This document shows, one piece after another, positions 63,205 through 64,000 of a stretch of DNA of 64,000 nt. The DNA is from Chiloscyllium plagiosum (taxonomy: Eukaryota): assembly GCF_004010195.1 (NCBI RefSeq), contig NC_057719.1:20006480-20070479 (forward strand), in the 5' to 3' direction. Every line of letters begins with the position of its first letter. Position 1 is the first letter of the stretch. Both the position numbers and the translations under genes were made by a program. Below the pieces are notes generated by a model. It made no database searches, had not been told where the DNA came from, and worked only from the letters and a program-made list of their open reading frames with translations.

Positions 63205-63630
63205 CGAACAAAAACAAAAGAACTGAGGATGCTGGAAATCAAAAACAAAAAGGAGAATTGCTGGAGAAATGTTGCTTGAAGAATGTACTGAAGAAGGGCC
63301 ACTGGACCAGAAATGTTGACTCTGCTTTGTCTCCACAGATGCTTCACAGGGTGGCATGGTGGCTCAGTGGTTAGCACTGCTGCCTCGCAGCAGGGTTTCA
63401 AGTTTGATTCCAGGCTCTGGCAGACTGTATGTGTGGAGTTTGCATGTTCTCCCTGTGTCTGGGTGGGTTTCCTCCTGCAGGTCAGGTGCCTTCATCAGAG
63501 GGAAATGGGTCTGAGTGGGTTACTCTTCAGAGAGTTGGTTGGGACAAAGGGCCTGTTCCCACACTGTAGGGAATCTAAACATGTTGCCAGATCTGCTGAG
63601 TTTTTCCAGTAATTTCTGCTTTTGACTCTC
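63205..63630. mobile_element. PLE family C fold-back split by an HE1 SINE (+63349-63578)
   Basis: CTGAAGAAGGGCCACTGGACCAGAAATGTTGACT at ~63288. The HE1 head is GGGTGGCATGGTGGCTCAGTGG. The PLE resumes with TGTTGCCAGATCTGCTGAG. Confidence 0.75.
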
Positions 63631-64000
63631 AGTATGAAGTGGTACTGTCCTGGAGTGTGGATATGTTCATCATATGGGGGGGACATATCAGGTCTACAAG
63701 TCTGTAAATCATTAACTGTTAACAATTTTATTGTTTCAATGACAGAAGAAAATACAACAGAACTGCAGGTCAATGCAGTTGACTAGATTTTCTATATCCA
63801 AGAACTCTGATCTCCCTGAAAATCAGCCTGATGACAAGATTAATTGATTCCTGACTTCTGGATGTGCATGTTTTTCACCATATTATCTGCTTGATATAAA
63901 TTGACAAGTCAACATCACTAAAAATAGATGTCCGGGTCACGTATCCAAGTGTTTTTTTTTTGTGGACAACAATATAAACCTGGAATTAGTTTCTAATCTT

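Overview
Eukaryotic, AT-rich, repeat-dense DNA from a cartilaginous fish (shark). The assignment rests on many HE1-type V-SINEs, HER1/CR1-type LINEs and a SacSINE1-like DeuSINE. No intact host protein-coding gene can be supported, and the ORF track is mostly transposon debris or chance, so the window is probably intergenic or a large intron. Main contents: (1) a decayed ~7 kb Gmr1-like Gypsy LTR retrotransposon (about 39767-46798) with the unusual PR-INT-RT-RH order, a SCAN-like gag segment, a tRNA-Pro-like PBS and a PPT; (2) a ~3.7 kb CR1 LINE retaining its ORF1 esterase remnant, plus many CR1 and CR1/L2-group fragments; (3) many Penelope-like element (PLE) remnants from at least four families, each with its own minimal type I hammerhead ribozyme, often as short fold-back insertions with 12-16 bp target-site duplications and sometimes as chimeras; (4) an intronless, decayed RPL4 fragment inserted inside an HE1 SINE; (5) solo LTRs and a Harbinger Myb/SANT-like remnant. 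All calls come from reading the sequence by eye and boundaries are approximate.
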